NCBI GenBank assembly: GCA_038087875.1
Contig: CM075997.1
Location: forward strand, 2,110,001-2,174,000
DNA length: 64,000 nt
Source: Malacoraja senta
Lineage: Eukaryota
Direction of reading: 5' to 3'
A program made the translations under genes and the position numbers. Numbering within the stretch: position 1 is the stretch's first letter; each line of letters begins with the position of its first letter. Shown here in pieces: positions 50,701-63,261 of the stretch. Under the pieces are notes generated by a model. That model was not told the origin of the DNA and did no database searches. It saw nothing but the letters and a program-made list of their open reading frames with translations.

Positions 50701-53700
50701 ACGTTCCGGGCCGAAACCTTTCTTCAGACTGATGGGGGGTGGGGGGAGGCGGGGAGAAGAAAGGAAAAAGGAGGAGCCCGGGGGCTGAGGGAGAGGTAGG
50801 AAGGGGAGGAGACAGCAAGGGTTAACTGAATTGTGAGAATTCAATATTCATGCCAAGAGGATGCAGACTACCCAAGTGGAATATGCCAGAGAAAGTGGTT
50901 GATGTAGCAAATTTTAAAGGACATTTGGATAGGAAAGGTTCAGCAGAAAATGGATCAAATGTAGGCACAAGGAATAAGCCCAAATGGCCACCTAAGTGTA
51001 AATGAGTTGGGCTAAACGGATATGCTTGAGAACAGAGCAGTAGACCTGCTTCAGATGCCAATGCATCCCAAGAAGCATTAATCTGTGATGCGCTGATGGA
51101 CTGAATGGCAATTTATGCCAGGGATAGGAATTGTGATGTCATACACCCGACAACAGTGGAAACCCTCACTCACCTTTTCACACTGACTGTTAAAAGGACC
51201 TAATGTAATAAGAACCCGTGGGGCAACTTTTTCCGCACAGAAGGTGGTGGGTGTATGGAACAAGCTGCCAGAGGAGGTGGTTGAGGCAAGTACTATGACA
51301 ATATTGAAAAGACATTTGGACAGGTACATGGAAAGGCAAGGTTTGGAGGAATATGGACCACATGCGGGACCAGTGTAGATGGGGCATCTTGGTCAACATG
51401 TGCAAGTTGGGCCAAAGGGCCAGTTTGTGCTGTATGACCCTATGAATTGAAAATAAAAACATAACACTAACCATTTGAATTATGCACTCACCTTTTTCCC
51501 ACATGACTTCTTCTTTTCCTTCTTTTCCTTCTTTTCCTTTTTTGCCTTTTCACAATGGTCCTTTGCCTTGTCTTTCTTGACTATGGCATGATTAGATTGC
51601 AAAAGAAAAAAAAAATCAGAATATGGTTGAATTATTCAAACGTACAGGAGAATTGGGTATGCATACCAGTCTAATTTGTAACATGGTAGCCGAGGAATTC
51701 AAAATTGGTTACTGATACAAATAGCAATCATGAAGTTACCAGATTCTCAATATTATAAGACATGGGAGCAGAATTAGACCATTTGGCCCATTAGGTCTGC
51801 TCCACCATACATAAAAAAATGTACATAAGTACAAGCCTCATTAAACAGAAGTGGTGATTGAACAGTATCTAATCAGGGTGGGGCAAGTTTTATTTTACGC
51901 TGAGCAAGATTTTCTTTCTCGATTTAATTCCAAAAAGACACAGGTGCTGGAATTTTGAGCAAAAAACAAAAAAAAAGTGCTCGAGTCTGAAGAAAGGTCC
52001 TAACCCGAAACGTCATCCGTTTGTTTTTGTCCGCTAATACTGCCTAACCTGTTGAGTTCTTTCAGCACTTTGCATTTTGTTTTGTAATTCCAATCCTGTT
52101 GTGATATCTGTGCAGGTCCCCAAACTGCCACTCCTTCTTGAACTCATGCATTTTTCAGGAGGGCGTGTATGAATAATTGTGGTCTTTGGATTTTCAAAGA
52201 GAGGAGAATGTGACCAGAAACTGCAACAGGTGCAAGAATATTATCCGAATCCAACAAGTTTGTTGAATCACCTTGCTTCATCACCATTTCTGTTCTGTCG
52301 ACTATGGGACATCACTCATTATGTCCACCAAAATATTAACCTGCATTCCTGCTTATTCAGAGCACAAAGCCTCAATTGCTACCTTCTTTTTTTTTTCTCA
52401 GGTCTTTGCCCGTTTTTACTGCACATTCCCACCCTTCATCCCACCTACCTGTCTTCTCTCCCACCACTACTCCCGTTGGGGAAAACCTGCAGTTTCTTTT
52501 CCTCAGTCATCTGACATTCTCGGCCAAGCGCGACCTCCTTATCAGCAACAAACCGCCTCCTCCACCCTCGTCAAACCTCATGCCCAGTTCGGTCAGCAGA
52601 GTCAACGCGCTTCCCTTTGAACTTGGCATTCCCACTATTCCTCCTGCACGGTGGTGAACAATGCCACTCTCTGCATTTCATAGAAACATAGACATAGAAA
52701 ATAGGTGCAGGAGGAGGCCATTCGGCCCTTCGAGCCAGCACCACCATTCATTGTGATCATGGCTGATCGTCCCCAATCAATAACCCGTGCCTATAGAAAC
52801 ATAGAATTAACCTACTAACACATATAACGCATATACACATATAGAAACATTTCCCTCTAGACTGCTCCACAACTCAGCAACAAAGCCCCGATCAGTGATG
52901 GATGCAATGGATGTCATTGCATTTATTGAGGACACAGAACATGTGCCCACTTTGGCTGCGTTCGCCGTCTCAACCATTCGATACCCAAGTGTGCATGACT
53001 CATCTGTCTTCCCCTCTTAAACGTTGTGACCGATTTGCTCATTCAGTCATTAGAAATTTGTCTCCAATTACATTTATCTTGCTAGGATTTCTAACAAGCT
53101 TCTCGCTGGCATAGAGCCATCAACCAGACAAATGGCAAACGCATGGGTGGCACAGCGGTAGAGTTGCTGCCTTACAGCGCTCAAAACCTGGGTTCGATCC
53201 TGACTACAGGTGCTTGTCTGTACAGAGTTTGTACATTCTCCCCCGGTAACCTGCGTGCATTTTCTCTGGATGCTCCGGTTTCCTCCCACATTCCAAAGAC
53301 ATACATGTTAGTAGGTTAATTAGTAGGGACCGAGCAAACAATTCAAGATGTTCTCAAAATCTCCATGAAATTGGATAGGGTGGTGGGCATGGACATTAAT
53401 ACCAGAATACTTGGGAGTCGGTGAGCCCCAAAGGGGCTGAAGGGCCTGTTTCTGTGCAGTGTCTGCTTATGACAGTGTAATATCCTCACCGACTCCCAAG
53501 TATTCCGGCCCATGGTAATGCAAGTGGATGATAGAGAACTTGGAGGTCATGCATCAAGATACACACGTAGACTCTACATAACCAGCAGAAGGAACGCACC
53601 ACTTCACAAACGAGCCTCCCCAAATCAACCATCACCCGCCCCACCTCTACAACAAAAGGTGGGTCCACACATTAACCTCATCGGCCACCTCACCATCTCG

Positions 53701-56700
53701 GAACCTGCAGAACCAGAATGGAAGCAGGTTTTCTTCATCCCCTCGGGAACTACCAAGGGGGTGGAGACTTGGGAACTACGCTTGTTATGGCTTCCAGTTA
53801 GCCAAGAATACAAAATCGTTAGTCATTAATTAATTGTTACGTGTACCGAGGTAGAGTGAAAAGCTTTTGTTGAGTGCTAACCAGTCAGCAGAAAGACAAT
53901 GCATGATTACAATCGAAGACGTACAGGTATGTAGGTTAATTGGCTTGGTAAATGTTTATAAAAAATTGTCCCTTAGGACAAAAGTTGTCCCTTAGTGGGT
54001 ATGGGATAGTGTTAATGTGCGGGGATCGCTGGTCGGCGCGGACCCGGTGGGCCGAAAGGGCCTGTTTCCGCGCTGTATCTCTAAACTAAACAAACTATCC
54101 ACAGTGTAAAGATACATGAGAAAGGGAATATCGTTAAAAACATCTAGTGCAAGATAAAGCCATTAATGTCCGATCAAAGTTAAAACAGGGGTCTCCAATG
54201 AGGTAGATAGTAGTTCAGGACTGCTCTCTCATTGTTGGTAGGATGGTTCAGTTGACTGATAACAGCTGTGAAGAAACAGTCCCTGAATCTGGAGGTGTGC
54301 GTAGCTGTGTAGCAACTTTCCCATTGTCACCAGCCCGCCCTCCAGTACATGGTTAAGTGTGATCCATTTTACAGCAAAGATACTAATTAAGATTATACCT
54401 CTAACCACAAATTACACTGCAAAATAGAGTTTATAATCAGTCATTAAAATGAAAGGAACAAATAGGAGCTGGATTAATTCCAGATTATCTACAAATTGGT
54501 ACTCCCCGTTTAAAAGGTATTTTGAAAAAAGTTTTCAACTAGTTAATGGGGATTATTGGTGGAGAGAATTTTTTAATTTTTTAAACAAGGTACCTTTGTA
54601 GGTTCCTTAATATTTCTTGTTACTAAAACATAAAATTAATAATGCGTGTTTTGTCAACAAAATATATCAAGGGATAGAACACAAAACAGAACATCACATG
54701 AACAGGCCCGTGCCGAACATGATTTCATTCTGCCTGCACACGATCCTTCATTTCCAGTCCCTGCATATCCATGTACCTATCTAAAAAGCCTCTTAAATGC
54801 CACTATCAGATCTCCACCAACACCCGAATCACCTTCTCATATTGAAGGTCTCTAGTTCCAACCTCAATGCAAAATTTTCTATCAAAGCTGGCATCATTTA
54901 AAGGGCATTTATTAGCTAGCCCTCCCCCTCTCCTCTCCTCTTCTTTGCTCAATATAATTCACTGATAGTATTTTAGGACGAGGTCCATTCTATCTCAGGG
55001 TAAATAAAGGCAGCAGCTATACTCTGCCCTCGGGCACCTCCCCAGCTCTGAATCATTGGCCAATATCAGCTCATTCACAGTTAAATAAAGGGTTTTTTCA
55101 CGGATCGGAAATAAAAACAGAAATTGCAGGAAACATTCAGCACGTCAGGCAGCATCTGTGGAAAGAGAAACAGCATGCATGCTTTAGATAGAGACCCCCC
55201 CCCCCTCAATACAGGAAAAGAGGGGGAAATATTATTGTGTAGTAGGTGGGGAGCGATGGGTACACGCTCTACAGCGAAGGGCTGGGGCATTGCTGAGATT
55301 CCTCATGCCGCCATTTTAATTCACTATCCCACCATTTTAATTCACCGTCCCACCATTTTAATTCACCATCCCACCATTTTAATTCACCGTCCCACCATTT
55401 TAATTCACCATCCCACCATTTTAATTCACCATCCCACCATTTTAATTCACCATCCCACCATTTTAATTCACCATCCCACCATTTTAATTCACCATCCCAC
55501 CATTTTAATTCACCATCCCACCAATTTAATTCACCATCCCACCATTTTAATTCACCGTCCCACCATTTTAATTCACCGTCCCACCATTTTAATTCACCGT
55601 CCCACCATTTTAATTCACCATCCCACCATTTTAATTCACTATCCCACCATTTTAATTCACCGTCCCACCATTTTAATTCACCTTCCCACCATTTTAATTC
55701 ACCATCCCACCATTTTAAATCACCACCCCACTCCCACTTCAACCTTTCTCTCTGTAGCCTCCTGCAATTTTATAACAAGCTTTAGAAACAACACCTCACC
55801 CTCTGTCGAGTACATTACAACCCTCTAGACACAATATCAAATTCCCCGACTTCCAATAACTTGCTTTCTCTGTCTACATCAGATCCGGAGGGAAAAAAAG
55901 ACACAGAGTGCTGGATTACTTAGCGGTTCAGGCAGCATCTCTGGTGGAAATGGATAGGTGACATTTCAGGTCAGGACCCTTCTTCAGACTGATGCAAGGA
56001 ACTGCGGATGCTGGTTTACAACAAAAACACTTAAAGTGCTGCAGTAACTCAGCGGGTCAGGCAGCATCTCGACTTGAAACGTCACCTATCCATGTCTTCC
56101 AGAGATGCTGCCTGACTCGCTGAGTTACTCCAGCACTTCGTGTTTTTTGTTGTTGTAAGCCAGCATCTGCAGTTCCTTGTGTCTATTTCTGATCCAGCCC
56201 GTCCTTACTATCCTTTAATGTTATCTTAGTCTTTTCCCTCTGCATTATCCTTCTTTGTCACCCACTAACTACCACAATGACATGCAGCTCCCCCACAATC
56301 CTCACATCCTTTTGCTCGAAGCATCCCCCTACCCACCTTACAACTCTCCCCTCCTGCCCACCCCCCTCCCCCCCCAAATTCCCAATCCTGGCCTAGCTCC
56401 CTCTCCACAGATAGACAATAGGTGCAGGAGTAGGCCATTCGGCCCTTTCGAGCCAGTACCGCCATTCACTGTGATCATGGCTGATCATCCACAATCAGTA
56501 CCCCTGTTCCTGCCTTCTCCCCATATCCCTTGACTCCGCTATCTTTAAGAGCTCTATCTAACTCTCTCTTGAAAGCATCCAGAGTATCGGCCTCCACTGC
56601 CTTCTGAGGCAGAGAATTCCACAGATTCACAACTCTGTGTGAAAAAGTTTTTCCTCTTCTCCGTTCTAAATGGCCGACCCCTTATTCTTAAACTGTGCCC

Positions 56701-58127
56701 CCTGGTTCTGGACTCCCCCAACATCGGGAACATGTTTCCTGCCTCTAGCGTGTCCAATCCCTTAATAATCTTTTATGTTTGAACAAGATTCCCTCTCATC
56801 CTTCTAAATTCCAGTGTATACAAGCCCAGCCGCTCCATTCTTTCAACATATGACAGTCCCGCCATCCTGGGAATTAACCTTGTAAACCTACGCTGCACTC
56901 CCTCAATACCAAGAATGTCCTTCCTCAAATTTGGAGACCAAAACCGCACACAATACTCCAGGTGTGGTCTCACCAGGGCCCTGTACAACTGCTGCCTGAC
57001 CCGCTGTGTTTCCAACATTCAGCTTATAATATTTCCCCAAGCATTACATTTCAAAATCCTGCTCTCTTCTCAATATGTCACCATTAAAACAGAGGACAGC
57101 CCCTAGAAGTGTAGGAAGGAACTGCAGGTGCTGCTTTACACTGAAGATAGACACAAAATGCTGGAGTAACTCAGCGGGTCAGGCAGCATCTCTGGAGAGA
57201 AGGAATAGGCGAGGCCCAAAAACATAACCCCAAGACACCGTCCTGCCAGGATCTGGCCAACTTCTCACTCGCCCCACAACAAGCAAAGTAAAGTAAGTAA
57301 GTTTATTTATATAGCGCCTTTCAATCAGATTACTGAAACCAAAGCGCTTTACAGACAAGCAACCACCTCTATTCCTCCTGTGACCTGGTCTCACCAACAA
57401 GCCCATGGCGGGAATGTATCAGCATCAAGAGAGTCCTGACCTGTTTCTCCCTCCACAGATGCCGCCTGGCTCGCTGAATAACTCCAGCAGTTTGTGTCTA
57501 TCTTCTGTGTAAACCAGCATCTGCAGTTCCTTCCTATACATATCGCCTGCTCCACTGCAAAATCCCCTCAAAGTATGCCTACTTTGAGAAAGTTCTCATC
57601 CTCTCCCCTACAAGTTCTGCAACACCCTCTCTCGCTGCCCCCCCCCCCCCCCACCCCCACGTTCATTTTGATCTCTCGTTTTCACACCTTACCCTTCCAC
57701 ATCTCTCGTTTCCCTCGTCTCCTAGCTCAGTCTGAAGCAGGGTCTGGACCCGAAACGTCACCTATTCCTTTCCACCAGAGAGATGCTGCCTGTCCCGCTG
57801 AGTTACTCCAGCATTTTTTTTGTCTATCTTCGTGTGTTTGCTCAGCCGGGGAAACCACAACACAAAAAACCCCACGGGCCTGAACTAAATGCTGCAAGAA
57901 TGCAGATTTACAAACAAAAAAAACCCCTCAAAGTACAGGAGTAACTCAGCGGGTCAGGCAGCAGCATCTCGACTTGAAACATCACCTATCCATGTCCTCC
58001 ACAGATGCTGCCTGACTCAAGAATGCAGTCTTGTCTAAAACACCCAGGACAGGTACACCAAGCAAACTCCAACTGTGTGAATCTTTCCCAGCAACATGTT
58101 TTGGTTCCTCTTACCTGAACATTCCAT
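47746..58127 (-). CDS. Small 4-exon gene encoding a 78-aa Lys-rich, poly-Ser protein (IMUP/C19orf33-like architecture): MECSVKKDKAKDHCEKAKKEKKEKKEKKKSCGKKSDD(S)13DEGKGKGHGHPHKEKKPKQKKHKHKDCK
   Basis: Coding exons 58115-58127, 51492-51580, 48859-48939 and 47746-47799 total 237 nt and are in frame. Donors are GTAAGA, GTGAGT and GTAGGG; acceptors are pyrimidine-rich; the start has a strong Kozak context (atcATGG); the stop is TAA. Confidence 0.75.
48859..48939 (-). CDS. Small Lys/Ser-rich gene, exon 3 (SDD-S13-DEGKGKGHGHP)
   Basis: ttgtttgcag|AGC...CCG|gtaggg, 81 nt; the Ser run uses mixed codons (TCA/AGC/TCG/TCC/AGT/TCT). Confidence 0.8.
49305..49842 (+). mobile_element. Rex1/Babar-type LINE 3' fragment
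   Basis: FYRCTVESMLTGCIVAWF...LQKVVNTAQSIIG..LPS...IIKDPHHPGH, then PSGRRYRS...RFRNSYFPTAIRLLN; tail gacaataaa-(cttga)n. Confidence 0.75.
50603..50883 (-). mobile_element. Penelope 3'-end fragment inserted in CR1
   Basis: 14-bp TSD TGCCAGAGAAAGTG (50589-50602, 50884-50897); includes the end of the GIY-YIG coding region and a mutated hammerhead core. Confidence 0.8.
51492..51580 (-). CDS. Small Lys/Ser-rich gene, exon 2 (VKKDKAKDHCEKAKKEKKEKKEKKKSCGKK)
   Basis: Poly-T tract...catag|TC...AAG|gtgagt, 89 nt. Confidence 0.8.
55308..55728. repeat. 21-bp minisatellite, about 20 copies (CCACCATTTTAATTCACCATC)
   Basis: Direct tandem units; produces the spurious TILIHHP and GELKWWD ORFs. Confidence 0.95.
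56410..56990 (-). mobile_element. CR1 LINE 3' fragment. Other CR1 pieces lie near 7910-8250, 19260-19540, 22130-23100, 32010-32335, 35150-36560, 37400-38200, 40100-40570, 48430-48830, 49845-51440 and 61570-63500.
   Basis: LYRALVRPHLEYCVRFWSP...LEFRRMRG and [24 protein letters not shown] are typical of the CR1 ORF2 C-terminus. Confidence 0.85.
58115..58127 (-). CDS. Small Lys/Ser-rich gene, coding part of exon 1 (MECS+G)
   Basis: ggcatcATGGAATGTTCAG|gtaaga; phase 1 matches the next exon. Confidence 0.65.
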
Positions 58128-58140
58128 GATGCCGCAGGAT

Positions 58141-58173
58141 ACTGAGGACTGGTCACTGCCGGTCCCTTTTTAA
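58141..58173 (-). promoter_or_regulatory. Candidate core promoter of the small gene: TATA-like TTAAAAAG plus Inr TCAGT
   Basis: The minus-strand TTAAAAAG (58166-58173) begins 30 nt upstream of the A in TCAGT (58143), which is 16 nt upstream of the ATG. Confidence 0.5.
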
Positions 58174-58393
58174 TCTCTTTGAAAGGTTCCTCCCAGTTGC
58201 AGCCTCGCCTCCTCCAGGTGACCAGAGGGCGGTGGCCCGGTGTTTCATGTTACCAGCTGCACCTTCGGATGTGTATCAGCTTAAAGCGTGCAAAGTCCCA
58301 TTAAAGGACTTTGACGTTAAATCATTCGCGATTTCGTATGAGTCAACTGTGCATTGTATTGGCAATAACGATCTTGAATGCATGGGTAGAATA

Positions 58394-58657
<264 letters not shown>

Positions 58658-60218
58658 CGCCTCAGCAATTTCTGCCTTAAATATATTCATTGGCCTCCAC
58701 AGCCTTCTGTGGCAATGAATTCCACAGATTCGCCACTCTATTGTAGAGGTAGATATTGTTAGAATGCCTAATAGGCATTGGAGCAGGTACATAGATCGAA
58801 ATAGGAGTAGGTAGGAACTGCAGATGCTGGTTTACACCGGAGATAAGAGTAACTCAGCGGGACAGGCGGCATCTCTGGAGAGAAGGAATGGGTGACGTTT
58901 CGGGTCGAGACCCTTCTTCAGCAGACCAACAGGCCTCTACGTCTTTAGAGTGTGGGAGGAAACCCGAGCTCCCGGAGGAAACCCACGCAGGTCACGGGGA
59001 GAACGCACAAACTCCATACAGACAGCGCCCGTAGTCAGGATCGAACCCGGGTCTCTGGCAACAACTCTACTGCTGCGTCACCGTGCCGCCATTTCGTGAC
59101 ACCAACATTCGCTCACGAGCTCCAAGTCCCCACGCACACAGGTGGTAGAGCTGCTGCCTCACAGCACCGGTGACCCGGGTTCAATCCCGGCCTCGGTTGC
59201 TGTCTGTGTGGAGTTTCCCTGTGACCATGTGGGTTTTCTTCCAGTGCTCTGGATTCCTCCCACATCACAAAGACGTGCGGGTTTGTAGGGTATTTGGCCT
59301 CTATAAATAGCCGCTAGTATGCAGCGGATGTGAAAGTGGGATAACATGGTGGACTCAATGGGCCGAAGGGCCTGTTTCCGTGCTGTAACTAAACTAAACT
59401 AAACACTGGTATTCCTTCTTACATTTAATCGCAAACCTCTCACCATCTAATCAACATTGGTAACATGACACATCTTAGACTTCTGTCATTAAAAGAGAGC
59501 TGACTACATTTTAAATTGGACAGAATTTTTTTTAATGGCAATGTTAACATAAATACATTAAAAACACAGAGACACAAGGAACTGCAGGTGCTGGTTTACA
59601 AACAAAAACCCAAAGTGCTGGAGCGACTCAGCATGTCAGGCAGCATCTCTGGAGGACAAGGATAGATTAAGTTTTGAGTCAGGAATTGAGAGTCTTAAGT
59701 AGGGTCCCGACCTGAAACGTCGCCTCTCCTTGTCCTCCAGAGATGCTGCCTGACCCTCAGAGTTACTCCAGCACTTTGTTTCCATTCAGTAAAAACATAT
59801 AGTTATGAACTATCAGATTTTGTCAGAATCTATCTCCCAGGGTGGAAATGTCAAGTAATAGAGGGCACAACTTTAAGATGTGAAGAGTAAAGTTTTTTCC
59901 ACAGAGGGTGGTGGCAGCTTGGAATGCACTGCCAGGGGTGGTGGTGGCAGATACAATAGTGATGCATTTAAGAGGCTTTCAGATGGACATGCAGGGAATG
60001 AAGGGATATGGCAGGCAGAGATCACTTTAGCATGGACATTGTGGGCCGAAGGGCCTGTGCTGTACTGTTCTATGTACTAAGTAGGGAAGGGAAGGAGAGA
60101 GAAGGACTGCAAGGTTACTAAGTGTGTAAAGAGGAAGATGTATTTACAAATAACAATAAGATGCCTTAATTATGCTCAAAGAGCAAAATCCCTGCCAGGA
60201 GTTTTCTTCGAATGGCTC

Positions 60219-60329
60219 TCAACATTTGCAGTTCTCCATCTTGGTTTTGTTGCTGTCTCTCTCGCCCCCACCTTTCACCTGGTCCGCCTTCCCTTTCTTC
60301 ACCTTTTTCTTCCTCTCCGCACATCCAGG
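60219..60329 (-). CDS. Probable terminal exon of a second Lys-rich gene (PGCAERKKKVKKGKADQVKGGGERDSNKTKMENCKC*)
   Basis: Strong acceptor ctctccttcctcgcag|, then 36 codons and TGA in phase 0; upstream exons were not found in the window. Confidence 0.5.
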   Translation of the reverse strand, partial: PGCAERKKKVKKGKADQVKGGGERDSNKTKMENCKC

Positions 60330-62167
60330 CTGCGAGGAAGGAGAGTCAGCAGGTGAATGAGAGTCACAACAAGGACACCCAAACCGCACCAGTTGCATAA
60401 ATGCCCCTGAAACTCCACCATCTCAACTGTCAGAGCGAGGCCTAATTCACGCAGGTTGGAGGAACAGCACCTTATATTTCGCTTGAGCAGCTTACAACCC
60501 AGCGGTATGAACGTTGATTTCTCTCATTTTAAGTAACCCTTGCATTCCATCTCTCTCTCTCCTTCCCTTCCCCACCCTGGGCTTCCAGCTAGTTCCATTG
60601 TTCATATCGCTAGATCATCCCCTTCATCATCACCACTTCCCCAGCCAACAGTGGGCCATTATGATCTGATTAGTACGGGTGTCAGGGGTTACAGGGAGTA
60701 GTAGAAGGGAAAGATAGATCAGCCATGATTGGATGGCGGAGTAGACTTGATGGGCCGAATGGCCTAATTCTGCTCCTATATCTTATTATGGGCTCCACCT
60801 TTGGTCATCTGTGGCTGACCCTGATTTGTTGTGGCCTTTTCCTACCTCTAGTTCCCTCCCCCCACACCCCTCTACTTTCAGTCTGAAACATAGAAACATA
60901 GAAAATAGGTGCTGATCACTGGCTGACCCGAAACGTCACCTATTCCTTCGCTCCATAGATGCTGCCTGACCCTTAGAGTTATCCCAGCACTTTGTGTCCA
61001 TCAACTCTTTTGTTTAGCTTGGAGCTCTGGTCCTGAGAACAGGTGAGGGCAGTTCAAATTACAGAGGCTGGGGCAAAGAGACCTTAGCAATGGTGGACGG
61101 GATCAGAATCCGATACCATGCATCAAGTCAGATTGCAGGAGGCCATTTCACCCCAGTCTGTCTCCGTGACATTTCCATCTCAGAGCTCCTGTAACACCCT
61201 TCTGTCGACCTGTTGAGTCTCACTGTCTGTATAACCCGTTATCACCCAGCCCACAACCAACAATGGACCATTGTGGGCTCCACCTTTCCTTGATCATCGG
61301 TACTTTTTGCATATCTTTCATTCATTTGTTCTATATCTCTCTATATCACCGTCTATATCTCTCGTTTCCCTCTCCCCCGACTCTCTATTCCTTCTCTCCA
61401 GAGATGCTGCCTGACCCGCTGGGTTACTCCAGCTTTTTGTGGCTTTGGTATAAACCAGCATCTGCTGTTCCTTCCTACACATCCTCCAGGTGTGGCTTGC
61501 ACGCAGCAACTGAACCCGTGTTCTTCAACCATTGTGTCAGTAATGAACAATTTTGTTTTCCCTTCTTCGCAGGCGATGTTTTGCCAAGGTTCACTGAAAA
61601 GATCCACGATATGAAGGGATTGGCTTACAAGGACAGGTTAAACCAGTTGAGTCTCTATTCACTGGAGTTCAGAAGAATGAGAGGCGGTGTCATTGAAGCA
61701 CGTAGGAACCTTTGCAAGTTTGGGAGTGTATGTTTACCCCAGGGGAGTGAGTGTTCAGGGGTTCAGAGTGAGGTGACTCTCAATTAAGTTGCATTTTCAG
61801 AAGTCAACCCAGAGTGGGACTTTCACAGTGGGATTCTCCTAAGGGCATCGCAGGACAGGGATCAAGGAATCCGTACAGTACATAGTTCACAGGGGGTGAA
61901 GAAGGCTTTGGCACACTAGCCTTCACCAGTGAGGGCATCGAGCGTAGAAATTGGCACATTACGTTGCAGTTGTACAAAACGTAGGTGAGGCTGCACCTGG
62001 AGTATTATGTTCAATTTTGGACATCCTGCTATGGGAAAGATGTCCCTAACCCGGAAAGAGCACAGAAAAGATTTATGGGGAAGTTGCTAGTACTGTGTTA
62101 TAGGAAATGGTTATGCAGGCTAGTTCTTTATTGCTTGGAAAGTAGGAGACGGAGGGATGATCATATA

Positions 62168-62373
62168 ACGTTTAAGAAGGAACTGCAGATGCTAGAAAAT
62201 CATCGAAGGTAGACAAAAATGCTGGAGAAACTCAGTGGGTGAGGCAGCATCTATGGAGTGAAGGAAATAGGCAACGTTTCGGGTCGAGACCCTTCATTTG
62301 ACGAAGTTGCCTATTTCCTTCGCTCCATAGATGCTGCCTCACCCGCTGAGTTTCTCCAGCATTTTTGTCTACC
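62168..62373. mobile_element. Penelope-derived hairpin mini-element inserted in CR1
   Basis: Inverted arms; TSD GATGATC(A/T)TATA (62156-62167, 62374-62385). Confidence 0.75.
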
Positions 62374-62508
62374 GATGATCTTATAGTGGTGTGTTAAATC
62401 ATGAGGGGCGTAGATAAGGTGAATGCACACAGTCTTCTTCCCAGGGTTAGGAGATCAAGAAGTAGATAGGTTTATGGTGAGACAGGAAAGATTTAATGGG
62501 AACCTGAT

Positions 62509-63261
62509 TGTAGATCAAACAGCGTTGCAGATTTGATCCGTGTCTGGTTTTGCTGCTGATGACCTGATCCAAATTCCATGTCAGGTTTTCACAAGGTGGT
62601 GGTGTGGAAAACCTGACATGGATTACCTCCCCCCTTGACTCCATTCAAGGACCCGAGCAGTCTTTCCAGGTGCGGCAGTGGTTCACCTGCATCTCCTCCA
62701 ACCTCATTTATTGCATCCGCTGCTCTAGGTGTCAGCTGCTCTACATCGACAAGACCAAGCGTAGGCTTGGCGATCGCTTCGCCCAACACCTCCGCTCGGT
62801 TCGCAATAACCAACTTGATCTCCCGGTGGCTCAGCACTTCAACTCCCCCTCCCATTCCGAATCCGACCTTTCTGGCCTGGGCCTCCTCCATGGACAGAGT
62901 GAGGACCACCGTAAATTGGAGGAGCAGCACCTCATATTTCGCTTGGGTAGTTTACACCCCAGCGGTATGAACATTGACTTCTCCAATATTAGGTAGTCCC
63001 TGCTTTCCCTTTTCTCCTCCCCTTCCCAGCTCTCCCACAGATCACATCTCCGCCTCTTCCTTTCTTCTTCCCGCCCCCCCCCCACCCCCACATCAGTCTG
63101 AAGAAGGGTCTCAACCCGATAAACGGCGCCTATTTCCTTCTCCCCATAGATGCTGCCTCACCCGCTGAGTTTCTCCAGCATTTTTGTCTACCTTGGATTA
63201 TAGATCAGGTCATCAGCAGCAAAACCAGACGGATCAAATCAGCAACGCTGTTTGATCTACA
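62509..63261. mobile_element. Palindromic MITE with TGT...ACA termini, interrupted by a Penelope fragment
   Basis: About 70-bp inverted ends (62509-62578 and 63193-63261); flanks CTGAT and CTGAG; sits in a CR1 3' region. Confidence 0.75.
62626..63193 (+). mobile_element. Penelope-like element 3' fragment with a GIY-YIG endonuclease remnant and a degenerate hammerhead motif
   Basis: FTCISSNLIYCIRCSRCQLLYIDKTKRRLGDRFAQHL...PVAQHFN...RKLEEQHLIFRLGSLHPSGMN is a PLE GIY-YIG; TSD TGGATTA (62619-62625, 63194-63200). Confidence 0.85.

Noticed and set aside
52400..52660. Possible extra minus-strand exon (MTEEKKLQVFPNGSSGGREDR|gtaggt)
   Set aside because: It ends in phase 2 while the next exon needs phase 1, and all frames from the nearby acceptor contain stops.
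55124..55828. 234-aa TILIHHP-repeat ORF and antisense GELKWWD-repeat ORF; also considered as a CRISPR-like array
   Set aside because: Both are products of a 21-bp minisatellite. There are no unique spacers and no splice or expression evidence.
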